Position numbers and translations under genes: made by a program. Shown in pieces: positions 36,673 to 45,868 of a stretch of DNA of 64,000 bases (the first letter of the stretch is position 1; the number at the start of each line of letters is the position of its first letter). Origin of the DNA: a virus. The stretch is from positions 9,045 to 73,044 of IMG/VR virus record IMGVR_UViG_3300036770_005504. One strand, given 5' to 3'. The notes under the pieces are model-generated. The model saw nothing but the letters and a program-made list of their open reading frames with translations, made no database searches and had not been told where the DNA came from.

Positions 36673-39345
36673 TTATTCTTCAAGTTCAAAAAACATATTA
36701 AACGTGTTGGTAGTATTGGTACTATCTTTTAAATTCCAATTCAGCACACCTAACAGATTTTCGATCTTTTGATCCACAATGGTAGTTTCCATTTCCGAAT
36801 CATCAAATGGTAGTTCTTTGAACCATTCGGGCAATCGAGTTTCGTCGGTGGGATAACCAACACTGGTCAATCCCAATGGATTGGGTCGCAATTTACAGAC
36901 GATGGTCTTCATACCATCGACAATTTGCATACTATAATTATCGCTATGCATACGTCTTAGATTATTCCAATTCATAGCAGCACGAACATGTCCGGGCATA
37001 TTGGCTCTACCCAGTTGTTGTTCCTTTTGCGCATAGTTAGTAAGATTGTTGACTCGTTTGGGTGTGCCTTTTTCCCATGATGGCCTTTGAGCAAATTTTG
37101 TTTTGAAATTTTTAATTTCATCAACAATAACAGAACGATCAATACCAGTCAACACAGCTTTTAAAATTTCATTGAGAAATTCCTGAACCACCTTGGGTGT
37201 GTCAGATCGTTTAAGATCAAGACCCATGGCTTTGATTTTTCCTGGTTGCTGATCTTGATCGTAACGACGGCCTTCTTTGTCATAGTATAACAATGCATAC
37301 CGTTTTTTAGTAATAAACAATCCTCGTTCGGCCACAATCTCTCGACCGCATTTAATAACTGAGCCTCGGTCTGTAGAGCAATTAAATGCTTGACTCATAA
37401 AGCCTGAGAAACTGTCGTTGACAAGGTCAGCAATATTGTCATAGACATCGACTGCAATATCTTTGTTCCATGCCATCTTACCAGATTCGATATCAGCTTG
37501 TAAGACCGGCCATGCAGAAAAATAACAAGAATCTGTGTCATTGTATATAATGCTACGCCCGAGGTGATTTCGATCGTTGTCGATGATATAGTTTATCTCT
37601 TGAGTCATATGTTGTGTGATTGCCCTGCCGCATAAAGTAGTGCTTTGCCCAATTCGTTTGTCAAAGAATCTACAGCCAGGATTCAAAATTGCACCGTACA
37701 GGCTGTTAAGATTAATTTTTTTAACCAACTGCCTTTTATCCCAGTATTCTTCGTCGGTTTTGTTTTCTTCTTTGATCGATTCTTTGAGTTTGGCCTGCAA
37801 ATCTTTTCTTTCAGAATACCATCTTTTCAGTAGTCCAGGAATAATACCTTCTCGTTGACTGGTAAAGATTGTACCATTGGCACTCAACATCCAGGGATTA
37901 TTTCCCTGAAAAATTATGTTGTAAATTTCAGCGGCTGAATGCTGTGTTTGTTCTCCGTTCTCCCAGTCTATGGTTATAATTTGATCAACACGTCTTTCCA
38001 ATACTGCTGAGTATTCCAAACAGGCGAATAATCCTTCCCAAGCTTCAGCAAAACTACGTCCTCGATCGATTCGTTCTTTGATATATGATTGGGTCATATC
38101 TTGTCTTAACTGACCCACAATCGTTTCCGGGCCCATATTTAATGCTCTAATAGTGGACGGGTATAGACTATTAATATCAACACTGCCGACGTATTCGTGT
38201 ATACCTTTTTTTGGATAGGCAACATAAGCACCAGCAGCTTGTAGATCTTCGTTGTCTCGGTTGTCTTTCCTATTAGGAACTACCATTCCTCGATCGTGTG
38301 CTTCATTGATAATAGCTTGCTCAGTGACTGCTACTGCGCCCATTGTAGTGGGCAATAGCACAGTATTTTCATGTGCCAGTGTATTGGCTAGATCTAGGAA
38401 TTTTAGTTTTTTATCAAGTCGAGCAATCAATGCCACATCTTCTCTATTGTATTGGATGAATTTGCTGAATTCTCTATTATAGAGTTGATCTAGTGTGCCC
38501 TCATAGGCCACTTTACTGCCTACATTTTCGTATTCCCCAATGGCATCAAGACTATAGCTATGTCGTTCTTCGTAGGTATATTTTCTGTATAGTTGCATAT
38601 AGTCCATATGCACACGACCTATTAGATCAAATGTAATATTCTCGGCACCGAATCTTTCAAAGGTTCTCTGTTTGGGCAGTTGATTCCAAAGACAATATCT
38701 ACGTGTATCGTCACGACTGAGAACACGAGTAGTTCTCATCACCATATAGGGGATATCAAAGCCTTCGCTGTTCCAGCCACTCAACACATCAGCATCATCG
38801 ATCAGTTGCAAAAAAGTATTAAGCAATTCTTTTTCGTTTTCGCACACAAAGCAATTTTCGTATTCCTGTGCTATTGTCTGTGCCTGTTCATAATCAAGTG
38901 TGCGTGGTGGAATCACCAGTGTAATCAGTTGGTCTAACCAATCAAGATAAAGACTGACTGCAGTGATAGGGTTAAAGGGATCTTCGGGCCGGCTATATCC
39001 TTTCAAAGGATCAAAATCTACCTCGATGTCAAAAAACACAGTATGTAGTTTGGGTGGGTCTTGATTTTTAAAATTTTCTTCGAGACACCTCAATACTGGA
39101 TTGATATCAGATTCGTAGATTTTTTTGCCAGAGTGGACACGTAATTCTCGACGAAACTCTTTGGAATTTTTTGTTTGAAATCGACTGACTGGTGTATCAA
39201 AAATTGATCGATATTTGCCTCGAGGATCGTCATAATAGAATCGATACTCAGCTGGATATTCCTGATAATAACGTTCACCTTCACGTCGACCCACAATGTG
39301 GATTCGGTCTTTGGTTCGATCATGTAATGCATCGATATATGACAC
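36673..39345 (-). CDS. Family B DNA polymerase (gp43-like)
   Basis: FFDIEV, GWNSEGFDIPY, YN..DV, DINSLYPS, KINLNSLYG, YNDTDS, KKRY. Confidence 0.97.
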   Translation of the reverse strand: MSYIDALHDRTKDRIHIVGRREGERYYQEYPAEYRFYYDDPRGKYRSIFDTPVSRFQTKNSKEFRRELRVHSGKKIYESDINPVLRCLEENFKNQDPPKLHTVFFDIEVDFDPLKGYSRPEDPFNPITAVSLYLDWLDQLITLVIPPRTLDYEQAQTIAQEYENCFVCENEKELLNTFLQLIDDADVLSGWNSEGFDIPYMVMRTTRVLSRDDTRRYCLWNQLPKQRTFERFGAENITFDLIGRVHMDYMQLYRKYTYEERHSYSLDAIGEYENVGSKVAYEGTLDQLYNREFSKFIQYNREDVALIARLDKKLKFLDLANTLAHENTVLLPTTMGAVAVTEQAIINEAHDRGMVVPNRKDNRDNEDLQAAGAYVAYPKKGIHEYVGSVDINSLYPSTIRALNMGPETIVGQLRQDMTQSYIKERIDRGRSFAEAWEGLFACLEYSAVLERRVDQIITIDWENGEQTQHSAAEIYNIIFQGNNPWMLSANGTIFTSQREGIIPGLLKRWYSERKDLQAKLKESIKEENKTDEEYWDKRQLVKKINLNSLYGAILNPGCRFFDKRIGQSTTLCGRAITQHMTQEINYIIDNDRNHLGRSIIYNDTDSCYFSAWPVLQADIESGKMAWNKDIAVDVYDNIADLVNDSFSGFMSQAFNCSTDRGSVIKCGREIVAERGLFITKKRYALLYYDKEGRRYDQDQQPGKIKAMGLDLKRSDTPKVVQEFLNEILKAVLTGIDRSVIVDEIKNFKTKFAQRPSWEKGTPKRVNNLTNYAQKEQQLGRANMPGHVRAAMNWNNLRRMHSDNYSMQIVDGMKTIVCKLRPNPLGLTSVGYPTDETRLPEWFKELPFDDSEMETTIVDQKIENLLGVLNWNLKDSTNTTNTFNMFFELEE

Positions 39346-39359
39346 TGATTATAACCTTT

Positions 39360-39620
39360 TTAAAGTGTTCGTCCTACAGTTTCAAGAATAGTTTCCAATA
39401 CTTCGTGATCGTGTTTCTCTCGTCCAAATTCTGCTTTGTGTGCTAGTCTAATAGCTTTTTTCAAAATATTAGGTTTAATTTCCAATTCTTCCGCAATAGC
39501 TTTAATTGTATCACTGAGTCCGGCATTCAGTGTTTCAACTTCTTGCATGACCTGCATACCTTCATTGATCAACCGTTGAAGTTTGGCTTTTTGTTCAGCA
39601 GAAAACATTTTGTCTGACAT
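39360..39620 (-). CDS. Small DNA-binding protein (T4 DsbA-like)
   Basis: 86-aa helical protein, IKAIAEEL.I.P..LKKAIRLAHK; adjacent to polymerase. Confidence 0.6.
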   Translation of the reverse strand: MSDKMFSAEQKAKLQRLINEGMQVMQEVETLNAGLSDTIKAIAEELEIKPNILKKAIRLAHKAEFGREKHDHEVLETILETVGRTL

Positions 39621-39689
39621 ATATTTGTCCTTGTAAAAGTTATATTATAGTGTAGTTATCTAGAGAAAACAACCAGGCAATTTATCAGT

Positions 39690-39998
39690 TTATTGCCAAA
39701 TTTGTTCCATGACAGACATCACATTATCTGTCCCTACAGTGTTTTCTAATCGAGATACCTTTTTTTGAAGACGTTGAATAGTTTTTTCAAGATTGCGTAT
39801 TTTTGATTCGTGATCCTGGTCGTTGGTTTCGCTATGTTCAATACCACGCATCAGCCATTTTAAAAATGCCTCCGACCGTGATTGATAACCTGGATAGTGC
39901 CCAAAAGCATAATCCATTTTTCTTTGCAACAAAGGATCATTGAATTTAGATTCATTATCGGTTTGTTGTCGTTCATGGATCAAATCTTGGATAATCAT
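39690..39998 (-). CDS. Hypothetical protein, possible internal head protein
   Basis: MIIQDLIHE N-terminus, coiled coil. Confidence 0.6.
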   Translation of the reverse strand: MIIQDLIHERQQTDNESKFNDPLLQRKMDYAFGHYPGYQSRSEAFLKWLMRGIEHSETNDQDHESKIRNLEKTIQRLQKKVSRLENTVGTDNVMSVMEQIWQ

Positions 39999-40004
39999 AA
40001 TAAG

Positions 40005-40673
40005 TTATCTTTCTTCAATGTAATCGCCGGATTGCTGTGATTTATTTTTTCTAGATCGGTATATATCAACTGCCATTACTGCATCATCAATGTTTTTGAA
40101 TTGTCGATCAATAAAACGATCTCCCAAGCCCAATCGAAACCCTTGATTCTCATCTCCGTGTATTTCTAAAATTTTGCCATTTTCCAGTGTAATAGTTTTG
40201 ATTGGTATACTGCCCGAATCGGACTGCATAGAAGATGATGATTCTGGTGGATCAGGATTAGGTTCGGTTTCGGTAGGATCTTCTTCTACAGGAACCGAAT
40301 CTGAATCGAGATTTTTTTCTATCACTGCTTGAGCTTTTTTCAATAGTTCATTATTTTCTTGAGTTTTGTTGGCCAACATATCTAGATATTGACGAAGATC
40401 ATTGCGAGTTTTACTGATCATATCTTCTTCGACACTACGCATTGCTTCTTCCAATGGAGTTTGTGCTACATCAATGTCATCGCCAACAAAATGTCCAGCT
40501 GTGGGATGTTGTGGATCTGTTTTATTGGTCAGCACTGCAATCTTTTTTGGACGAAATAATGCTGGTAGTTGATCAACACTTTTTTGTTGGGAAGTTAATC
40601 CAGACTTGGTACTAACTGGACTGGTGCGTCCTTCGATCATGTTAAAACTTTGTAATATTCTAGATATATCCAT
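40005..40673 (-). CDS. Hypothetical protein, possible internal head protein
   Basis: Multiple hydrophobic-x-E motifs; C-terminal DYIEER. Confidence 0.6.
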   Translation of the reverse strand: MDISRILQSFNMIEGRTSPVSTKSGLTSQQKSVDQLPALFRPKKIAVLTNKTDPQHPTAGHFVGDDIDVAQTPLEEAMRSVEEDMISKTRNDLRQYLDMLANKTQENNELLKKAQAVIEKNLDSDSVPVEEDPTETEPNPDPPESSSSMQSDSGSIPIKTITLENGKILEIHGDENQGFRLGLGDRFIDRQFKNIDDAVMAVDIYRSRKNKSQQSGDYIEER

Positions 40674-40677
40674 GATG

Positions 40678-41118
40678 TTATGCTCTTTCTACTTTGAGGA
40701 AACTCTGTAACATCCATCGATGTTTGCCCATGGCATCAATTCTTCCGGCCACAAAATCAGCAACACCTTGTTGGTTTTCACTTTCGGCCGATGAAAAACA
40801 TCGATTTAGTAGATCTATTAAAGTTTGGCAGTCATTTAATAATTCTTCTAACATTAATCTAGCTCGAGGAATTTTAGTTTGTCCAGAAATTAAACTTAAT
40901 TCACTGAATCTTTCAAAACTACCCGGAGTATATTCTCCCAAAATTCTGATATATTCAGCAGTGGGATCTATTGCATCATAGACTTCTTCATAAATTTTAC
41001 CAAAAAATTTATGTAATTGACTGAAGTCTGGACCTTCTACATTCCAATGAAATAATTGTGCCTTTATAACAAACGCATATTCAGTGGCTAATAAAACTTT
41101 GAGATCATCTGTTAACAC
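40678..41118 (-). CDS. dps: Dps/ferritin-like DNA protection protein
   Basis: FHWNVEGPDF.QLH..F...YE....D..AE.IR.LG, K..WML. Confidence 0.92.
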   Translation of the reverse strand: MLTDDLKVLLATEYAFVIKAQLFHWNVEGPDFSQLHKFFGKIYEEVYDAIDPTAEYIRILGEYTPGSFERFSELSLISGQTKIPRARLMLEELLNDCQTLIDLLNRCFSSAESENQQGVADFVAGRIDAMGKHRWMLQSFLKVERA

Positions 41119-41293
41119 TTTTATCTCCTTGGCCGAACACAGTTAAATTCGGTGTATTAGAATATTTAGCTGATTTAACAGATTCACCGGTTCTTGTGAT
41201 GGGTTTATGATAATTCAATGGACCAGAAATCACTGCAATATTACCAGCACTAGTTGTTGCTGCTGAAGAATTTTCTTGTATATTTTTATTCAT
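41105..41293 (-). CDS. Hypothetical protein
   Basis: 62-aa ORF coupled on both sides. Confidence 0.6.
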   Translation of the reverse strand: MNKNIQENSSAATTSAGNIAVISGPLNYHKPITRTGESVKSAKYSNTPNLTVFGQGDKSVNR

Positions 41294-41598
41294 GCACGTA
41301 TCCTTAATGTATTTTTTATCAATTGAGTCGACCCAGTTGTTTCTAAAATTTCAATGTTTTTTAATTTTATCACTGCTGAAGTTGCCGGTATGACTTGATA
41401 TTTAATCAAATAATCCCCCGGTGGTGCTGAGATTGGTATAATCTCTTTGAGATATGCATCATGCCATAACCATGTTCTTTCTGTAAACAATTCTTCATTG
41501 ACATAAAGTCGATAGATAGGGTTTTGCTCGAGAATTTTACAATGAACATCGATGGCAACAACAACATTGACAATTTTTGATTTGTTTTTCTCGACCAT
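41290..41598 (-). CDS. Hypothetical protein
   Basis: 102-aa ORF (YRLYVN.ELFTERTW). Confidence 0.7.
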   Translation of the reverse strand: MVEKNKSKIVNVVVAIDVHCKILEQNPIYRLYVNEELFTERTWLWHDAYLKEIIPISAPPGDYLIKYQVIPATSAVIKLKNIEILETTGSTQLIKNTLRIRA

Positions 41599-42462
41599 TT
41601 ATTTTATGGATTTCCATTTTTCAGCTAAACTATCAACAAACTCCGATACTTTGGTAAATCCACGCTCTCGCATATATTGAATAATTGTAGTAGCGTGTCG
41701 ACGATCTGGCCCACTGTCGGGTTTACGAGCGTTGGACAAATCATTGGCCAACCCCTGTGCGGAATTCGATCTATCGTAAGTATACATCAAATTGTATCTT
41801 ATACGATCAGCATCTTTGCTTAATTGTGTTTTGTCTTTGGCTTTTATTAGTTCGATCCATGGTGTCATGTATCCACGGCGGCGACTGGGAACATACCCCC
41901 GAGCAGTGTCCTGACCGGGCAATGCACCACTGGTAGTTTTTCTAGTATCTAACATTCTCCAACTGTTTTTATCACGATAGAAATATGTGTCAATTCCCCT
42001 ACGTTTAGCAGCAATTAGACACTGTCGAGCCCATGCTTTGATTTGATCGTCTGCATCAGGGCTTACATAAATGTGTACCGCAGTTACTCCATCAATGGAT
42101 ATAGTAGGCTCGGCACTGAATACACGATCTTCAGCTTCATGAGCACGATGATGCTGTTGATGAGGAGACCTATTAAGCCAATAATCAACCGGTTGAGATT
42201 TATAGTGTCTGTTAAACCAATTTCCATCTAACACAAACATCACCGCAGAACTACCGATAATGTCATGATATCCACCAGTGCGTGTGCGTGTGGTACTAAG
42301 AAAGTAATATTGGCCGCGCGGCATATACTGTTGTTCCACGCTGCCCATGCCACTGCTGAGTTCAAATTGCCCCGATATTAAAATTTTTCGAGCCGCAGAG
42401 ATATTGGTATAATGATAAGCTACTCTGCTGAGACTTTCTGCAATAAATTCTACAGCTTTCAT
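41599..42462 (-). CDS. Putative ADP-ribosyltransferase-fold protein with MKAxEF tag
   Basis: AYHYT, FLSTTR, HEAEDR resemble ART strand motifs (H/R, S-T-T, ExE). Confidence 0.45.
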   Translation of the reverse strand: MKAVEFIAESLSRVAYHYTNISAARKILISGQFELSSGMGSVEQQYMPRGQYYFLSTTRTRTGGYHDIIGSSAVMFVLDGNWFNRHYKSQPVDYWLNRSPHQQHHRAHEAEDRVFSAEPTISIDGVTAVHIYVSPDADDQIKAWARQCLIAAKRRGIDTYFYRDKNSWRMLDTRKTTSGALPGQDTARGYVPSRRRGYMTPWIELIKAKDKTQLSKDADRIRYNLMYTYDRSNSAQGLANDLSNARKPDSGPDRRHATTIIQYMRERGFTKVSEFVDSLAEKWKSIK

Positions 42463-42935
42463 AGTAGTCCTATTTTGCCTGGATACAGTGGTCCACGTTC
42501 TATTCGTTCACCACCATCATAGTATTTAAGCTCAATGGGCAAACTGTTCCAACCCAAGCGAGCAGCAGCCATTATGCGATGATTGCCTTCGTTGACCCAA
42601 GCTTCTCCATTATGGGCCACCATTATGAATGGCACATACTCCTCACCGGATTTGGTTAAAGGTAAACGACCTGTGTCCTTCATTATCTGCATAATAGCAA
42701 TCAAATCGTCCTGTCGAACATTTCGTTGTTCATTACGCATACCAGGCAAACTTTTCAGTATATCAACCGGTACACGAACATCGCCACGAACCGAGGCTGT
42801 GGTAGCACCAAAGTAAGGTGCTCCCCACCGATCGCGACCTTTTTCTTTAGCATAAGCAATTTTGCTGTTTAACCAATCTTCGTTGGGAACATCAATATTG
42901 AGTTGTGCTTCAATGATGAATTCTCTGGCTTTCAT
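42459..42935 (-). CDS. ParB/Srx-like domain protein with MKAREF tag
   Basis: PFIMV...G.AWVNEGNHRI.AA..LG. Confidence 0.7.
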   Translation of the reverse strand: MKAREFIIEAQLNIDVPNEDWLNSKIAYAKEKGRDRWGAPYFGATTASVRGDVRVPVDILKSLPGMRNEQRNVRQDDLIAIMQIMKDTGRLPLTKSGEEYVPFIMVAHNGEAWVNEGNHRIMAAARLGWNSLPIELKYYDGGERIERGPLYPGKIGLL

Positions 42936-43523
42936 TTAAGACCCCTGAGTTCTGATGTTGACTTCGCTTATGAGTTGGAGACGATCTCGATTAAACCAAG
43001 CAGTGGATTCTACGTCCCACATGCTCATAAGTATGTTATTCAAACTACTGCCCCAAGTGCCGCTCAATCTAGCAGGGTATCTTATACCATCTACCAACTG
43101 ACCTAATTTCGCCCAGGGATAATCATCTATAATACTATCTCCCTGTAACTTGTGCCCAAGAATCTGAGCTATTTTTCTTGCTGCTTGGTCACTACCGATA
43201 TTTAATACTCGTGCTCCGGGTTTAACCTGATATAACTGTCCTTTGGGTGCCAACCATTGAGCCATATTTTCTCGGCACCATTCAGCCCATTGACTGGTAT
43301 ACGAATCTTTGCCGGTGGGTATGGCTGTACTGGTCCATATACTTGCTCGTGGTTTGACACTTTCCTTGACATATTGTGAATTACGAGGAATGTAGAGTTG
43401 ATATTTCAAACTTCGACTGGCGGCCATCTTGTTGCCATTGTCTTGTGCTTGAGCTATTAGAGCTTCAATGGCAGGAGTAATTTCCATATTGCTGTTTTCG
43501 AATGTGAATTCACTGGATCTCAT
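42936..43523 (-). CDS. Hypothetical protein with MRSSEF tag (possible ART-like)
   Basis: ATG at 43523 overlaps upstream stop; IWTSTA, WDVES. Confidence 0.55.
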   Translation of the reverse strand: MRSSEFTFENSNMEITPAIEALIAQAQDNGNKMAASRSLKYQLYIPRNSQYVKESVKPRASIWTSTAIPTGKDSYTSQWAEWCRENMAQWLAPKGQLYQVKPGARVLNIGSDQAARKIAQILGHKLQGDSIIDDYPWAKLGQLVDGIRYPARLSGTWGSSLNNILMSMWDVESTAWFNRDRLQLISEVNIRTQGS

Positions 43524-45865
43524 TTTTTCTTGTTCCTTCCTCGACGCATATTTAGTTGCCACTGAGCCATTCGTCGTCGTTCTCCATTACTGGATTTAGC
43601 TATTTTTTCTAATTGTCCCAATGTGGCTTTTTTTGGTATACCTACTCTACGACTCAGTCCTTTGCGGCCTGGGTTTCGACCGTCAGCAAAGTTTTCCTCC
43701 ACATCTTGCTTTCCGGATATTTTTTTAAGAGTTTGGTGTGCTCGATCAGCTACAAAAGTTCCTTTTTCTTCATCATTGCCGCGATAAAGATACTTGGCAG
43801 TGCCACGATTATCAAGCCAAGGTCCAACTATTTCATATGTTCTTCCAGTTTTAGCACTGTACACTATATCTCCAGGTTCCCACAGCCATGTATCTGGATG
43901 TTGAGCCTTTAGTATAGCCATATTGGCTTGCATCTGTGATACATGGCCACGAACAGCATTACCTAAACTTTGATGAAACCCTTTAAGTTTTTTGCTGTCA
44001 TCGTCGCCCATGCTTTCTGTCACATTTTCATTGAAGGAGGCATTAAGCCATGGATCTGTTATTACCAATGTTTTACCGCGTAGCATGATATTAAAATCAT
44101 CGTCGGACTTTATAAAGTCATTTTCAAAACCCAGTGCTCGGCCACGTTGGGCTACCGACTTTAGTGTTTTATAAAATAGTTCATAGCCCGGATATCGTTG
44201 TTCCAATGGTGTATTATTTTCTACGGAATTGATCATGTCAAATAGCATATCATCATATTCGCTGGGTGCTGGAATATCTAACAATCGTTCTTGGGCAATC
44301 TGAACGAATCTTTCGCCGTCAATATAGAAATCAGCGTAATCCTGTCCTTGTATTTCACCAAATTTTGGAAGATGTGGGTTTTTCTGATTGGCCTGACAGT
44401 ATTTGTAAAATTCTAAGAAAGGGATTTCTGCAGAACGCACAGTTTTTTCATCTTGGGGGATTAATATTTTTATAATATTGCCTTGTTGTTTTGCGTAAAC
44501 TTGAGCGTCTCTACCACCCCCCAGCCGTTGGTAACCCATTTTTTTCATATGGGCATTTATAAGTTTTAAATGGCGTTGATAGTCGATGTCTTCCACCACA
44601 CCTTGTTTGCCAATTTCTTCTATATCTCTGTCGGGCACAATTCGTGATGGAATAGATTTTAGGTCTAATAATTTGTAAGCCCAAAATCTGTGATGCCCAT
44701 CTAATACTTGATAACCATCTTTGTATTTACGAACTAATATAGGAGGAAGTCGATCGCCTTTTTTCAAACCTGCAACAATTTTTTTAACATTAGCTCGGCT
44801 TTTAGGTTGACTCATTTTACTGTCTGGTTCAAACCCCACAAGTTTATTGACCGGAATGTTGATAACTGGTAATCTATCAAACCCGGTGTCATCTACCTCA
44901 GCACCAAAATAGTCAGGTTCTGTATAGAGTTTTATCTTGCCTTCCGCCACATTTTGCCGAGCATTTTCTTCTATTTCTATGTTCGGTAAATGAGTATCAA
45001 ATTTCAATGACAGTGCAGTTCGAAATTTATCGTATTCACCGATTGATAAAAATGTAAACGTATTGAAAATTGATAAATCTCTCATGGTCTTAGATGGATA
45101 AGTTCGTTTGCCCAATTTGGTTTTAAATGTCAATCCATCATTGCTTTTTGCTACAAATACTGCAATTGATGGTGCATCAAGCGGCATTATTTTGTTACCT
45201 ACTAGAGATAATGGAACTACAATATATTTTTTACCTTTGGTCAATTGCGACGACATGTTAAATAGAGATACAAAATACTCTTTCTTGTCAATGTCAACTG
45301 ATTCAGTTAAACTACCTTTTGTATAAAATTCCTCAAAAATGGACATCTTATCTTCCATGCTCAGGCCTTCGTCTAACTCTGACCAGACGATGCCTTCCGC
45401 TACATCCTTTTTTATTTTTTTGAAAATGTAGTGTTGATGATAAGCATCATCTTTTGTGCTAAGTGCATACCCCAAGCCAGCAGCATATTTTTTTGCTAGA
45501 GCTGTATATAACTTTTGACGGCTACCTGTTTCGTCCTCATGCTTAATTGCGGAAAATCTAATTTCATTAGGCTGTTGATTGTTGATAAATTGCTGTATGG
45601 CCGATAAAACGGTTGCAAAGATTCGTTGTTGATCCCCTTGTCCGGTTTTTTTAATAGTGCCGCCACGATAAAAATCCACATCCCAATCATTATAAAGCGG
45701 ACTTTCCTTATTAAAATTAATTTCTAGATTTGTGCCATCTGGCAGAGCAGCCCAGGTCTTAAGTGGTTCACCAAAGTCTTCTTGATACCAGTCTATTAGG
45801 TTATAGGGTTGGTTGAGACTTTCATTAAGTTTACTTAAATCGATAATAAATTCTTTTGCTCTCAT
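43520..45865 (-). CDS. Multi-module polyprotein (unknown domains, ParB/Srx domain, protein-kinase-like domain, basic tail)
   Basis: PPILVR...QVLDGHHR; LGGGRDAQVY..IIKI..PHLPK..NIMLR..VITDP; modules joined by (K/Q)xVxE linkers. Confidence 0.75.
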   Translation of the reverse strand: MRAKEFIIDLSKLNESLNQPYNLIDWYQEDFGEPLKTWAALPDGTNLEINFNKESPLYNDWDVDFYRGGTIKKTGQGDQQRIFATVLSAIQQFINNQQPNEIRFSAIKHEDETGSRQKLYTALAKKYAAGLGYALSTKDDAYHQHYIFKKIKKDVAEGIVWSELDEGLSMEDKMSIFEEFYTKGSLTESVDIDKKEYFVSLFNMSSQLTKGKKYIVVPLSLVGNKIMPLDAPSIAVFVAKSNDGLTFKTKLGKRTYPSKTMRDLSIFNTFTFLSIGEYDKFRTALSLKFDTHLPNIEIEENARQNVAEGKIKLYTEPDYFGAEVDDTGFDRLPVINIPVNKLVGFEPDSKMSQPKSRANVKKIVAGLKKGDRLPPILVRKYKDGYQVLDGHHRFWAYKLLDLKSIPSRIVPDRDIEEIGKQGVVEDIDYQRHLKLINAHMKKMGYQRLGGGRDAQVYAKQQGNIIKILIPQDEKTVRSAEIPFLEFYKYCQANQKNPHLPKFGEIQGQDYADFYIDGERFVQIAQERLLDIPAPSEYDDMLFDMINSVENNTPLEQRYPGYELFYKTLKSVAQRGRALGFENDFIKSDDDFNIMLRGKTLVITDPWLNASFNENVTESMGDDDSKKLKGFHQSLGNAVRGHVSQMQANMAILKAQHPDTWLWEPGDIVYSAKTGRTYEIVGPWLDNRGTAKYLYRGNDEEKGTFVADRAHQTLKKISGKQDVEENFADGRNPGRKGLSRRVGIPKKATLGQLEKIAKSSNGERRRMAQWQLNMRRGRNKKK

Positions 45866-45868
45866 TTT

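Noticed and set aside
36673-39345. Split or intein-containing polymerase
   Set aside because: 890 aa with all motifs contiguous
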